Origin: a candidate division FCPU426 bacterium
GTDB taxonomy: Bacteria > Oederibacteriota > Muellerivitia > Muellerivitales > Muellerivitaceae
Assembly: GCA_963849245.1 (NCBI GenBank)
Contig: CAWKIY010000029.1
Span: 3,733-67,732 of the forward strand
Direction of reading: 5' to 3'
Length of the DNA: 64,000 nucleotides
The notes under the pieces are model-generated. The model was not told the origin of the DNA. It saw only the letters and a list, made by a program, of their open reading frames with translations, and searched no databases. Position 1 is the stretch's first letter, and every line of letters begins with the position of its first letter. Positions 38,995-47,851 of this stretch are shown in pieces. The position numbers and the translations under genes were made by a program.

Positions 38995-39702
38995 TTAACC
39001 TAATCGATCGACGTTATTGACGATGGCCTCGACTGAACCTAGATATTTTTGGAAGGTTTGCGACACATCCAAACCCGGAACTTTTTCGCCTCGTTTTAAC
39101 CGATCCACAACTTCAAAAACCTCTAAATCAAAAGCCACATGGGTTTTTAATATTTGAAGCGCTTCCAGTTTTTTTAAAGGGGGTTTAACACCATAAAGCC
39201 AAAGGCTATGTTTGAATAAAATCAGAAAAGAGGAGAGAGAATCAACCATGAGCTTTTGAACCAGGCTCGGCCTGGATTCGGTGAGCATGTAATGAGTCTT
39301 GAGCCGGATCAATTTCGCCTGAAGTTCGTGCTGCAGCTGCACCTTTAAATGATCGTTCGAAACCGAAAAGCCCTCCACTGGATCGATTCCAAAAAGAACC
39401 TGGTGGCTGTTTTGAATATCCAATATCTCTATCGGGAAAACGCTGACGAATTCTTTCAAATGATTTTGGGTTAAAAAGAGGGGCGGATGATTACCCTGCT
39501 TGACCCAAGGCATCACCGCTTTGGAAAGACTTTGAAGTTCGGGCATCATTAAATGCCGTGTTACGACCAAAAGATTAACGTCGGAATTTTTACCCGCGTG
39601 GTCCCCGGACGCCATGGACCCGTAAAGGACGACCGAAACCAACCGTTCCCCTAAAAGGATTTTGAGTTCTTTCACCATTTTTTCTGTTGTCCACTTTGCC
39701 AT
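38995..39702 (-). CDS. Nucleotidyltransferase-domain protein (Pol-beta superfamily, KNTase-like with C-terminal helical domain)
   Basis: ..LVSVVLYGSMASGDHAGKNSDVNLLVV.. has the GS...D.D nucleotidyltransferase motif. About 130 aa C-terminal helical region. Confidence 0.7.
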   Translation of the reverse strand: MAKWTTEKMVKELKILLGERLVSVVLYGSMASGDHAGKNSDVNLLVVTRHLMMPELQSLSKAVMPWVKQGNHPPLFLTQNHLKEFVSVFPIEILDIQNSHQVLFGIDPVEGFSVSNDHLKVQLQHELQAKLIRLKTHYMLTESRPSLVQKLMVDSLSSFLILFKHSLWLYGVKPPLKKLEALQILKTHVAFDLEVFEVVDRLKRGEKVPGLDVSQTFQKYLGSVEAIVNNVDRLG

Positions 39703-39738
39703 CTCGACATCTCCCCGCTTTATTATGAATAACCTCTT

Positions 39739-40473
39739 CTACCAGCCGCCGCTGGCCCCGCCGCCGCCTGATCCGCCGCCACCAAAACCTCCAAATCCCC
39801 CGCCGCCGCCACCTCCGCCAAAACCGCCGCCCCAGCCGCCTCCGTAAAAACCGCCGCCCCCATAACCCCTGCGGCGGAGGGAAAAAATCAGAGAGAAGAT
39901 CACAAAAAATAAAATCAGTGTTCCCCAAAAACCCAAACCGTTTTGCTCCTGCCCGCCGTAGGCAACGGGAGCATCGCCGTTCAAAGTAACCCCTTCACTG
40001 GCCGCGATGAGCTGCGCGACCGCGGCCGCCCCATTGCTAAGCCCGGCGCCGTAATTGCCCTGCTTGCAAAGAGGGCTGATGTATTGACGGATAATACTTC
40101 CCGACTGGCCGTCTGTAATAACGGCTTCCAGGCCGTAACCCACCTCAATACGAACCCGGCGGTCTTGAATGGACGCGAAAATCAGAACCCCGTCATCTTT
40201 TCCTTTTTTACCGATACCCCAGGTTTTAAAAAGATCTACCGCCGCGCCGTCCACATCTCCACCCTCCACCGAGGGCGTGGTCACCACCGCGATTTGGGCG
40301 CCAGTCTTGAGCTGAACCTGGGTTAAAAGGGATTCAAGGAGTTGGGCTTGATCCGCGGGAATAACATGGGCGAAGTCATTAACGTAGCCGGAGGGCGAAG
40401 GCCACGAAGCGGCGGAGAAAACAGGTAAAGCGGTAAAAAAAATAAAAACAAACGAAACGATAATTTTTTTCAT
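39739..40473 (-). CDS. TPM-domain (YgcG-like) protein with Gly-rich C-terminal tail
   Basis: Signal peptide. ..SGYVNDFAHVIPADQAQLLESLLTQVQLKTGAQIAVVT...GVLIFASIQDRRVRIEVGYGLE.. is a TPM domain. C-terminal TM plus a (GGGF) tail. Confidence 0.8.
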   Translation of the reverse strand: MKKIIVSFVFIFFTALPVFSAASWPSPSGYVNDFAHVIPADQAQLLESLLTQVQLKTGAQIAVVTTPSVEGGDVDGAAVDLFKTWGIGKKGKDDGVLIFASIQDRRVRIEVGYGLEAVITDGQSGSIIRQYISPLCKQGNYGAGLSNGAAAVAQLIAASEGVTLNGDAPVAYGGQEQNGLGFWGTLILFFVIFSLIFSLRRRGYGGGGFYGGGWGGGFGGGGGGGGFGGFGGGGSGGGGASGGW

Positions 40474-40503
40474 AGATGAAAGATGAGCTTTCGAGGAAAT
40501 GGA

Positions 40504-40968
40504 CTAACTTGAGCGCTGGTATTTTCCCATTAGTTGGGCCTGGGCCACAAGTCGTCTTTGCATCATTTTTTCAAGCGGGGCCCTGGCGACGCCCGGCTCC
40601 AGGTCTAAAAGAGCGCTTAAAGCGTAGAGTTTAAAATAATAGCGATGGATTCCATCCGGGGGCGCCGGACCCTTGTAATAAGACTGCCCAAAATCATTAA
40701 CACCCTGTTTCGTTCCATTGGGAAGCGCCTTGAGTGAAGGAAAGGCCTCCTGAAAAGAATTGATACTCGCGGGAATGTTAAAAACAAGCCAATGGGTAAA
40801 CACAGCGCCGGGCGCGTCCGGATCCTCACAAATCAACGCGAAACTTTTCGTTCCCACCGGCGCGTCAGCCCAATCCAGGGGGGGCGAGACATCTTCCCCA
40901 TCCGCGGTGTAGTGCGCCGGAATCATTTCTCCATCTTTAAAAACCCGGCTCGTCACTCGAAAGGCCAT
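40504..40968 (-). CDS. YbhB/YbcL (PEBP) family protein, cytoplasmic paralog
   Basis: ..SPPLDWADAPVGTKSFALICEDPDAPGAVFTHWLVFNIP...GPAPPDGIHRYYFKLYAL. No signal peptide. Confidence 0.8.
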   Translation of the reverse strand: MAFRVTSRVFKDGEMIPAHYTADGEDVSPPLDWADAPVGTKSFALICEDPDAPGAVFTHWLVFNIPASINSFQEAFPSLKALPNGTKQGVNDFGQSYYKGPAPPDGIHRYYFKLYALSALLDLEPGVARAPLEKMMQRRLVAQAQLMGKYQRSS

Positions 40969-41091
40969 TGTTCCCCCCTAAAAGGAAGATGCCTCATCTT
41001 AGTCGAACCCAGGCGATTTAAATTTTAAATCTCGAAAAACAAAAACAAGCGTCTGAATAACCCAATTAAAACGCTTTGTAAGAACTTGCGA

Positions 41092-41880
41092 CTAAGAAGA
41101 GGTCCATCTTCTTGGCGGCTGATCCCAGCGGGGATTATTAAAGTAGCGTTCCGTGCGAACCGAAAAAATCCGATGAAGATCAACTAATCCTATTTGGTTT
41201 TCTTTGGCGAGTTCCGCTAAACGATCGTTATATTGTTCCAAAACTTTTAGCCCGTCCGGCCAGCCCCACTTAGTAAATCCTCTGCCGTTGGTAAAATCGT
41301 AAAGATTAGCGATTAAAATCTGCTTTGACTTTTTTCTCGTTAACGCTTTCAAGATAATCTGAATCCGTTTCTTAAACTGATGGGAGTAAATCATTCCTTC
41401 GGAAGCGTTACAGCCAAAAGGATGAAGCGCGTCTGGCGGACCGGACGGATTGGTTTTCACTAAATCATTCAAGCCGACAAAAAGGGTAACGAAGTCGGCG
41501 CCGTCAGGAACTTCGGGTAGCTCACGGTCAATCACCACCAGCGTATTGGCGAATCCAATACCCAAAATCTTCTTATCTTTAAAACCCGCCCGATTCGCTA
41601 GAATTTCCGCGTAAGTCGGGTGGAATTTGTCCCCCGTAAAATGGGTGACGCTATCACCCAACGCGCAATAAACCTCCCGTTTATTTTTTTGTAGTTGGGC
41701 TAAAAAAGCTTCAGCCATCAAAAAATGGCCGCGGCTGTTGGGATGGACTTCCCCGTCAAAAGGAAGGAAATCAGCGGAAGAAAAAGGCTTCGGGCCGCAG
41801 CCCGCTAAAAGCAGGATCAGAAAAAGAGTTCTTTTCAGTAGAATCCCCTGACTAAATTTTGGGCCTAACCCGGGCGGCAT
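41092..41880 (-). CDS. SGNH/GDSL-family hydrolase lipoprotein
   Basis: ..VYCALGDSVTHFTGD (GDS block), ..LFVGLNDL.. (block III). Lipobox LLLAGCG. The track start is likely too far upstream and overlaps the previous gene. Confidence 0.7.
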   Translation of the reverse strand: MPPGLGPKFSQGILLKRTLFLILLLAGCGPKPFSSADFLPFDGEVHPNSRGHFLMAEAFLAQLQKNKREVYCALGDSVTHFTGDKFHPTYAEILANRAGFKDKKILGIGFANTLVVIDRELPEVPDGADFVTLFVGLNDLVKTNPSGPPDALHPFGCNASEGMIYSHQFKKRIQIILKALTRKKSKQILIANLYDFTNGRGFTKWGWPDGLKVLEQYNDRLAELAKENQIGLVDLHRIFSVRTERYFNNPRWDQPPRRWTSS

Positions 41881-42280
41881 AAACCCCTAAACAAGCGTCC
41901 GCGACGACTTTGAATCCCGCTTTTTCCAGTTTGGCTTCCGCTTCCGGATGGGTAATGCCCGTTTGAAGCCAAACGACTTTCGGCCGTTTTTCTTCAGGGA
42001 GGGCGATAATTTCATCCGCTAGCTCCGGAATGGCGTCGCTGCGGCGGAATACGTCCAGAATATCCACCTTCACCGGCAAATCGGCCAAGCTAGCCAAAGC
42101 CTTTTGACCCATAGAAGATTGAATCTTCGGATTCACGGGATAAAGCTGAATGTCCCTTTCGTGGAGCATGGCCGGTATCTGAAAAGCGGGGCGGTCCATA
42201 TGGGCCTCATCCTGCATACCGTAAACGGCGACGGTCTTGGCGTCTTTGGCGGCTTGAAGCGCTTCTTGTTCAGAAAGCAT
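41852..42280 (-). CDS. CoA-binding domain protein (YccU-like)
   Basis: ..AKTVAVYGMQDEAHMDRPAFQIP...YPVNPK...VWLQTGI.. Rossmann-like CoA-binding fold. Confidence 0.7.
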   Translation of the reverse strand: MLSEQEALQAAKDAKTVAVYGMQDEAHMDRPAFQIPAMLHERDIQLYPVNPKIQSSMGQKALASLADLPVKVDILDVFRRSDAIPELADEIIALPEEKRPKVVWLQTGITHPEAEAKLEKAGFKVVADACLGVYAARVRPKI

Positions 42281-42295
42281 GGAACCCTCCTAAAA

Positions 42296-42709
42296 TTACA
42301 CGGAATAAAGCATGAGATAAACAATCACACCCGTAACTGAGACATAAAGCCAGATAGGAAAAGTGATCCGGGCCAGTTTTCGGTGTTTCGCGAAATTGCC
42401 CTTTAAAGCCTGCCGAAGGGTCATGATGGCCAAAACCGGTACCAAAACCGCCAGCGGGGTATGCGTCCAAAGAATCGTGAAATAAAGAATACGGATGAGA
42501 CCCTGGCCTTGAAAATAAACAATGCCCGCGTTGGCGTGGTAATAAAGATAGCAGCCTAGAAAAATAATCGAAATGGAAAAGGCCGTGATCATGCAAAACC
42601 GGTGGGCCTTTTGATTTTTATTTTTAATAAACCAAAAACCCAGTAATAAAAAAAACGCGCTGGCCCCGTTTAAACAGGCGTTCAAGGTGGGGAAAAAAGA
42701 AAGACTCAT
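42296..42709 (-). CDS. DUF420 family membrane protein (commonly linked to heme-copper oxidase biogenesis loci)
   Basis: 137 aa, 4 TM. Overlaps the SCO gene by 4 nt. Confidence 0.6.
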   Translation of the reverse strand: MSLSFFPTLNACLNGASAFFLLLGFWFIKNKNQKAHRFCMITAFSISIIFLGCYLYYHANAGIVYFQGQGLIRILYFTILWTHTPLAVLVPVLAIMTLRQALKGNFAKHRKLARITFPIWLYVSVTGVIVYLMLYSV

Positions 42710-43329
42710 GATTTGCTCCTGAATTTCATAAGATAACGGATATCCTGCTTCAGCTTTTTCACCTCATCCTGCTCTTGCCCGTCATAAAAACCGCGGATAA
42801 CGCCCTTCCCATCCACCAAAACCAGCCGGGTGGAATGGATAAAATCAAACCCCGGCCCGCCTTGGGGGTCATCCTGGGCGGTCAGCTTAAATCCCTCCCG
42901 AATAACCTGATAAAGGTCTTTCTTCTTTCCGGTTAGGAAGAACCATTGGTTTTCATCCGCTTGCAGATTACCCGCGTATTCCTTTAAAACCGGGGGGGTG
43001 TCTTTTTCCGGGTCGACGCTGAACGAAACGAGTTTAAACTCACTGTTATTTTTCCAGTCATCCTGTAAAAGTCTTAATTCTTGGCTCAGCAGGGGGCATT
43101 GACCGGCACAACTGGTAAAAATAAAATCGGCCACCCAAACCTTGCCTTGAAGCTGAGCACTGGTGAAGGTTTTTCCATTTTCATCCTCAAAAGAAAAATC
43201 CGGCGCTTTTGCGATCATCTTTTGAAGTTTGTCCGAAGGCCGGCCCATCCAAACGCGATAGCTTAAAAAGACCAGCCCCAAGAGGGCCAGAAGAGCTAAA
43301 AGCCACTGCTTCCAAGCAGAAACTTTCAT
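42706..43329 (-). CDS. SCO1/SenC family copper chaperone (thioredoxin fold)
   Basis: N-terminal TM. FIFTSCAGQCP is a CxxxC motif. Downstream conserved H in ..FIHSTRLVLVD... Confidence 0.85.
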   Translation of the reverse strand: MKVSAWKQWLLALLALLGLVFLSYRVWMGRPSDKLQKMIAKAPDFSFEDENGKTFTSAQLQGKVWVADFIFTSCAGQCPLLSQELRLLQDDWKNNSEFKLVSFSVDPEKDTPPVLKEYAGNLQADENQWFFLTGKKKDLYQVIREGFKLTAQDDPQGGPGFDFIHSTRLVLVDGKGVIRGFYDGQEQDEVKKLKQDIRYLMKFRSKS

Positions 43330-43331
43330 AC

Positions 43332-44078
43332 TTATCGCCTTTCCTTACTCTTCGCGACAACCCAAGAAGATAGTCCGTAAAAGAAAATTGAAAAACCAAG
43401 CAACACGATCAAACACAAGGATAAAGAAGGGACCTGGCTCAAATCCGATGTGGGGAAAAGTCCCCGGCGGACTCCCGCCACTCCATAAGTAAAGGGATTC
43501 ACGAACATGAAGGCTTTCAACCAAGGAGAAGCGCTCACCGCGAAAATGGCGCCCGAGGCCATCCACATCGGCAGAAGAACCATGTTCATGATGGCGTGAA
43601 ATCCCGGAGGCGAATCAATTTTCCAGGCCAGCCAAAAGCCCATCGCCGTGACAACAAAGGAAATTAAAAAAAGCGAAAGCAAAAGTCCCAAAAAGGGAAT
43701 AACCACAAAAACCGCTCCAACGCTCCAGGCGAATGCCAAAATGAGGAGCCCTTGAAGGGTCGCTAACGTAGCGCCTCCCAGTATCTTACCCATCACAATC
43801 GCCGCCCGGCTGACCGGCGCGACCATGACCGATTGTAAAAAACCCGCTTGTCGGTCTTCAATGATGGATGCCGTGGAAAAAATACAGGAAAACATCATAC
43901 TCATGACAATAGTCCCCGGAAAAAAATAAGCCCGGTAAGCCGCTCCGCCGATGCCTGTCCCCAACACCGCCCAAAACAAAAGTGCCGTTCCCAAAGCCCC
44001 GAACCAACGGCTGGGAACCCGGTAAAACCGGACCAGTTCTCTTTGCCATAAGGTATAAACCGCCATCCCAAAGTTCAT
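43332..44078 (-). CDS. ABC-2 type transporter permease
   Basis: 6-TM ABC-2 topology. 4-nt overlap with the ATPase gene. Confidence 0.75.
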   Translation of the reverse strand: MNFGMAVYTLWQRELVRFYRVPSRWFGALGTALLFWAVLGTGIGGAAYRAYFFPGTIVMSMMFSCIFSTASIIEDRQAGFLQSVMVAPVSRAAIVMGKILGGATLATLQGLLILAFAWSVGAVFVVIPFLGLLLSLFLISFVVTAMGFWLAWKIDSPPGFHAIMNMVLLPMWMASGAIFAVSASPWLKAFMFVNPFTYGVAGVRRGLFPTSDLSQVPSLSLCLIVLLGFSIFFYGLSSWVVAKSKERR

Positions 44079-45004
44079 TCCTTGTCCTCCGAAAAACGCC
44101 GTCCGGTTTTATGGATAAAAACGTCCTCCAGCGTAGGAGGACCCAGCGTCAGGGACAATATCTGATCATGAAAAGCTTCCATCAGTGGTTCGATAAGGCG
44201 GTGTACTTTCGGTTGCTCAATTTGAATAAGATCGCCGACCAGCTTCGTTTTCACATTGAGTTTCGTTTCAATTTGAACGGAGAGCCTGTCCGGCTGGCGG
44301 CTCTTTACCCTTAAAACTTCGCCGCTAATTTGAGCTTTGAGCTCTTCGGGCCCGCCTAAAGCGACTTTCTCTCCCTGATCCAGAATAAGAAGCCGGTCGC
44401 ACCGGTCCGCTTCCTCAAGATAATGGGTCGTTACCAAAACGGTCATGCCTTCGGATTTTCGAAGTTCTTCCAGATGACCCCAAAATTCTTTGCGGGCAGC
44501 GGGGTCAAGTCCGGTAGAGGGTTCATCCAAGATCATCAGTTCGGGATCATTTAAAAGAGCCTTCGCTAACTCCACCCGGCGCTGCAACCCACCGGAAAGA
44601 GTTTCTACCTTATCCTTAGCCCGGTCCCTTAAGCCTAACCGTTCCAAATCCCGGTCGATACGGTATTTCAAATCTCGGCCCATCAATCCGTAAAGGTGAC
44701 CCTGATGCTGAAGGTTTTCACGAACTTTCAACTTTTTATCTAATGCGGGAAGCTGAAAAACAATCCCCATTTTCCGCCGGATGGTCATTTTATCTTTGGT
44801 TAAATCAAGGCCAAAGAGTTTGACTTGGCCTGGCTGGGGAGAAAAAAGGGTGGAGAGAATTTTAAAGGTGGTGCTTTTGCCCCCGCCGTTGGGACCTAAA
44901 AAACCGAAAATTTCTCCTTTCTCGACTGAAAAGGTAAGGTTATGCAGGGCGGTTTTGGCGCCATATTGGTAGGTCAAATTTTCAACTTCAACTAGGTTTT
45001 CCAC
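44075..45004 (-). CDS. ABC transporter ATP-binding protein
   Basis: Walker A GPNGGGKST, signature LSGGLQRRVELAKAL, Walker B LMILDEPSTGLD, H-loop VLVTTHY. Confidence 0.9.
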   Translation of the reverse strand: MENLVEVENLTYQYGAKTALHNLTFSVEKGEIFGFLGPNGGGKSTTFKILSTLFSPQPGQVKLFGLDLTKDKMTIRRKMGIVFQLPALDKKLKVRENLQHQGHLYGLMGRDLKYRIDRDLERLGLRDRAKDKVETLSGGLQRRVELAKALLNDPELMILDEPSTGLDPAARKEFWGHLEELRKSEGMTVLVTTHYLEEADRCDRLLILDQGEKVALGGPEELKAQISGEVLRVKSRQPDRLSVQIETKLNVKTKLVGDLIQIEQPKVHRLIEPLMEAFHDQILSLTLGPPTLEDVFIHKTGRRFSEDKE

Positions 45005-45029
45005 TTCACGCCTTCACTTTCAGTTCAAC

Positions 45030-45884
45030 TTATTTTTTATCGATCGCCATCACCAGAAAAAGAAGGGGTAAATAGGTAATGGAAAACCAAAATAAACCCT
45101 TCGCGTAGCGCATGGTTTTGTACCGGGCCAGCGCCAAACTGTAGCCGAGGAAAACCAAACTTAGCACCAGAGCGCACCAAAAATAAAGGGGCCCGGCAAG
45201 GTGAAGATAGGTCGGCAAAAGGGAAACCGGCACCAGCGCCATGGCATAAGCCACCGCCATAAGCCCGGTGGTTTCGCCTTGGGGGTCAATAACCGACAGC
45301 ATGGGAAAGCCCGCCCGGGCGTAATCTTCCCGGTAGATCCAGCCAATAGCTAAGAAGTGTGGCATCTGCCACAAAAAAAGGATGGAAAAAAGCATCCAGC
45401 CGCCTGGCCCGATTTCATTTTGTACCGCGGCCCATCCCATTAATGGAGGAATCGCCCCCGGAATGGCGCCCACCACCGTGCAAAGCGAGGTTATTCTTTT
45501 AAGCGGTGTATACATAATGACGTAGCTGATCAAAGCCGCCAAACCTAATAGCGCCGAAAGATCGTTCACCTTCCAAAATAAAAGCCCCACTCCCGCGGCG
45601 GAAAGACTGAGTCCAAACCAGAAGGCCTTCAGATTGGAGATTCGTCCCGAGGGCAAAGGCCGCTTTTGGGTTCGGCGCATTTTACGGTCGGCTTCCACTT
45701 CCAGCCATTGATTCAGCGCTCCGCAGCCAGCGGCCACTGCGGTGGAACCTAAAAGGGTAAAAAAAAGTAAAACCCCATCCAACGGTTTCGGACTTCCCAA
45801 ATAAAAACCCGCTAAAGTGGTGACAATGGCTTCGGAATTTAACCGGGGTTTGGTGAGAGTGATATAGTCCCTAAAATTCTTCAA
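45030..45884 (-). CDS. ctaB: Protoheme IX farnesyltransferase (heme O synthase, UbiA family)
   Basis: UbiA motif ..GCGALNQWLEVEADRKMRRTQKRPLPSGRIS... 9 TM. Overlaps ctaA by 4 nt. Confidence 0.9.
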   Translation of the reverse strand: MKNFRDYITLTKPRLNSEAIVTTLAGFYLGSPKPLDGVLLFFTLLGSTAVAAGCGALNQWLEVEADRKMRRTQKRPLPSGRISNLKAFWFGLSLSAAGVGLLFWKVNDLSALLGLAALISYVIMYTPLKRITSLCTVVGAIPGAIPPLMGWAAVQNEIGPGGWMLFSILFLWQMPHFLAIGWIYREDYARAGFPMLSVIDPQGETTGLMAVAYAMALVPVSLLPTYLHLAGPLYFWCALVLSLVFLGYSLALARYKTMRYAKGLFWFSITYLPLLFLVMAIDKK

Positions 45885-46813
45885 ACGGGGCTTCCCTTCT
45901 TAAAAACATGAAAGCTATTCAAGGTTAGAACTAGCATAGAAGCCAAAAGGGCTGCGCCCGTAATCACATGTACCGAAGTAGGGATGATTGATTTTTCAGT
46001 AGCAATTACCAAAATTCCCAAAAAACACTGCAGCCAAACCAATAATCCCGCCAAAGCCGCCGGCCAAAAGAGGCTCTTTTCCTCGGGATAATATTTGCAA
46101 ACGCGAAACGCGGTAAAGTTTACTAGAACGAGAACGATAAACGCCCCCACCCGGGTATGACTAAATTGCAAAATGATAAAAGAAGACCATTGCTGGGGTA
46201 AAAAATTGCCGAAAGAGAGGGGAAAATCCGGAATCGCCAGTCCCGCTCCGCTATGGCGGGTCACGGCCCCTACCACAATTTGAAAATAAATAACGAGAGT
46301 CGCCGCGAGAGCGATCTTAGGAATAAAAGGAACAGGCGCTAAAAGCCTTTGTGGTTTCTCTTCGATCCACAACCTTGAAGTTACGAGCGTCAAAGTGATG
46401 ATAAGACAAAAGAAAATCTGGGCCAGCCCCGCGTGGCTCACTGAAACCGCTGTGGGCAGATGCAGTAGCACCGTCACTCCTCCCAGTACCGCTTGAAGCA
46501 GTACCGCTCCCATGGCGCACCAGGCTAATTTTTTAACTGAGGAGCGTTGTTCCACTTTTTGGGTATAAACGGCCAGACCTAGCATTAAAATCGCCACCGT
46601 ACCAGCGACCATGCGGTGACCATGCTCAAACAAAACGCCGCCAGTCATGGGTGGAAAAAACTTTCCGAATGAAAGCGGCCAGTCCGGAACCGCCAAACTC
46701 GAACCCGTGCTGGTGACCAGAGCCCCCGCCAACAACAACACAAAAGTACAGCCCGCCGTTATTAGAGCGTAACGGTAAAGAGTGGGTTGAAAACGGATAG
46801 GGGCACCGATCAT
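45881..46813 (-). CDS. ctaA: Heme A synthase (CtaA/COX15 family)
   Basis: 8-TM protein with conserved His pairs (..FEHGHRMVAG.., ..VSHAGLAQ.., ..TRHSGAG..) in CtaA-like arrangement. Confidence 0.8.
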   Translation of the reverse strand: MIGAPIRFQPTLYRYALITAGCTFVLLLAGALVTSTGSSLAVPDWPLSFGKFFPPMTGGVLFEHGHRMVAGTVAILMLGLAVYTQKVEQRSSVKKLAWCAMGAVLLQAVLGGVTVLLHLPTAVSVSHAGLAQIFFCLIITLTLVTSRLWIEEKPQRLLAPVPFIPKIALAATLVIYFQIVVGAVTRHSGAGLAIPDFPLSFGNFLPQQWSSFIILQFSHTRVGAFIVLVLVNFTAFRVCKYYPEEKSLFWPAALAGLLVWLQCFLGILVIATEKSIIPTSVHVITGAALLASMLVLTLNSFHVFKKGSPV

Positions 46814-46900
46814 TGGCTTTTAGTCCCTCAAGATGTTTAAAAAAAGATGGCCCCGGGGGTTTTCCCCGGAGCCATCAAAATCTCGAATAAAATCTTTAAC

Positions 46901-47716
46901 TTACTGGGCGGTAAAAGCGAAAGTCAGGCTCTTGGCTTCGCCGTCCTTGATATCCACCTTTTGCGGAGCGGATTCGCCGTACTTTTCTTGCCAGGCCACA
47001 ATCGTGTAGCTGCCGGCGGGAAGGCCGGAAATTTTGAAGGAACCGTCATCGCCGGTCACGGCGAAGAAGGGATGGGTAAAGACCCCCGCGAAGCAATGCA
47101 TCCAGCTATGGACGTCGCACTTGAACTTCACCGGCATCTCCGCCTTGGTGAACTTCTTTTCGGTCTTCATACCCTGATTCGGCTGACCAACGTTGAAGCT
47201 TTCATTAGTAACTGGCTGAGCGTGGACGTTATGCAGAGTCGCGTCGCTGTTTTGGATTTCCAAAGCTTGCCCGACTTGAATCCCGAACACATGCGGGTTG
47301 TACATACAGCCTTTTTGGTCCAGCAAAACGGAAGTCGCTGGAGCCGGGTAATTGCCAGCGCCGTCCTTAACGTAAACCAGAACGTTTTTCAAATCGCCCT
47401 TGGCGTCGACCACGATCGTCGGGTCGGCCATGGTGCCCGAATGCTGGGCTTTACAAACCGGATCGGCATCAAAGCTGATCATAGAAGGCGCCGGAGCCTT
47501 GCCCATCAAAGTGACCTTACCAGCCACTGAGGCCGTTCCCATCACCGCCGCAGTCTTGGAACCCCCGCCGCCCGCTAGCAAATCGTCATCGTCTTTTTGT
47601 CCGCAACCGGTCGTCGCGATGAGTCCCGCGATCGCCATCAAAGCCAAATACTTTCTGAAATCCATCTCATGTCTCCTTCGGTTTAAAAGAATAGTTAGAA
47701 AAAAGAAAGCCTTCAA
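46901..47716 (-). CDS. Cupredoxin-like (type-1 blue copper) lipoprotein with C-terminal carboxypeptidase-regulatory-like beta-sandwich
   Basis: Likely start MDFRKYLALMAIAGLIATTGC (lipobox). Candidate T1 Cu ligands ..LHNVHA.. and ..KCDVHSWMH.. (C-x2-H-x2-M as in amicyanin or pseudoazurin). C-terminal ..DGSFKISGLPAGSYTIVAWQEKYG... Confidence 0.55.
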   Translation of the reverse strand: MKAFFFLTILLNRRRHEMDFRKYLALMAIAGLIATTGCGQKDDDDLLAGGGGSKTAAVMGTASVAGKVTLMGKAPAPSMISFDADPVCKAQHSGTMADPTIVVDAKGDLKNVLVYVKDGAGNYPAPATSVLLDQKGCMYNPHVFGIQVGQALEIQNSDATLHNVHAQPVTNESFNVGQPNQGMKTEKKFTKAEMPVKFKCDVHSWMHCFAGVFTHPFFAVTGDDGSFKISGLPAGSYTIVAWQEKYGESAPQKVDIKDGEAKSLTFAFTAQ

Positions 47717-47851
47717 AAGACCCTCTTCGGCGTCGAAAACAGGATTTCCAAAACTGGTTCAGCTTCGAGGATAAAATCCACTGAATTTCTAGAATGGAAA
47801 TCGATACGTCAATCTACTCCCGCTCACTTTGGAAAAGCAAGCGGGGAGGAT

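Noticed and set aside
39590-39928. Arg/Trp-rich ORF 39590..39928 (-) and Pro-rich ORF 39662..39847 (+)
   Set aside because: They are alternative frames of the GGN-repeat DNA encoding the Gly-rich tail of the TPM-domain protein. They are not independent genes.
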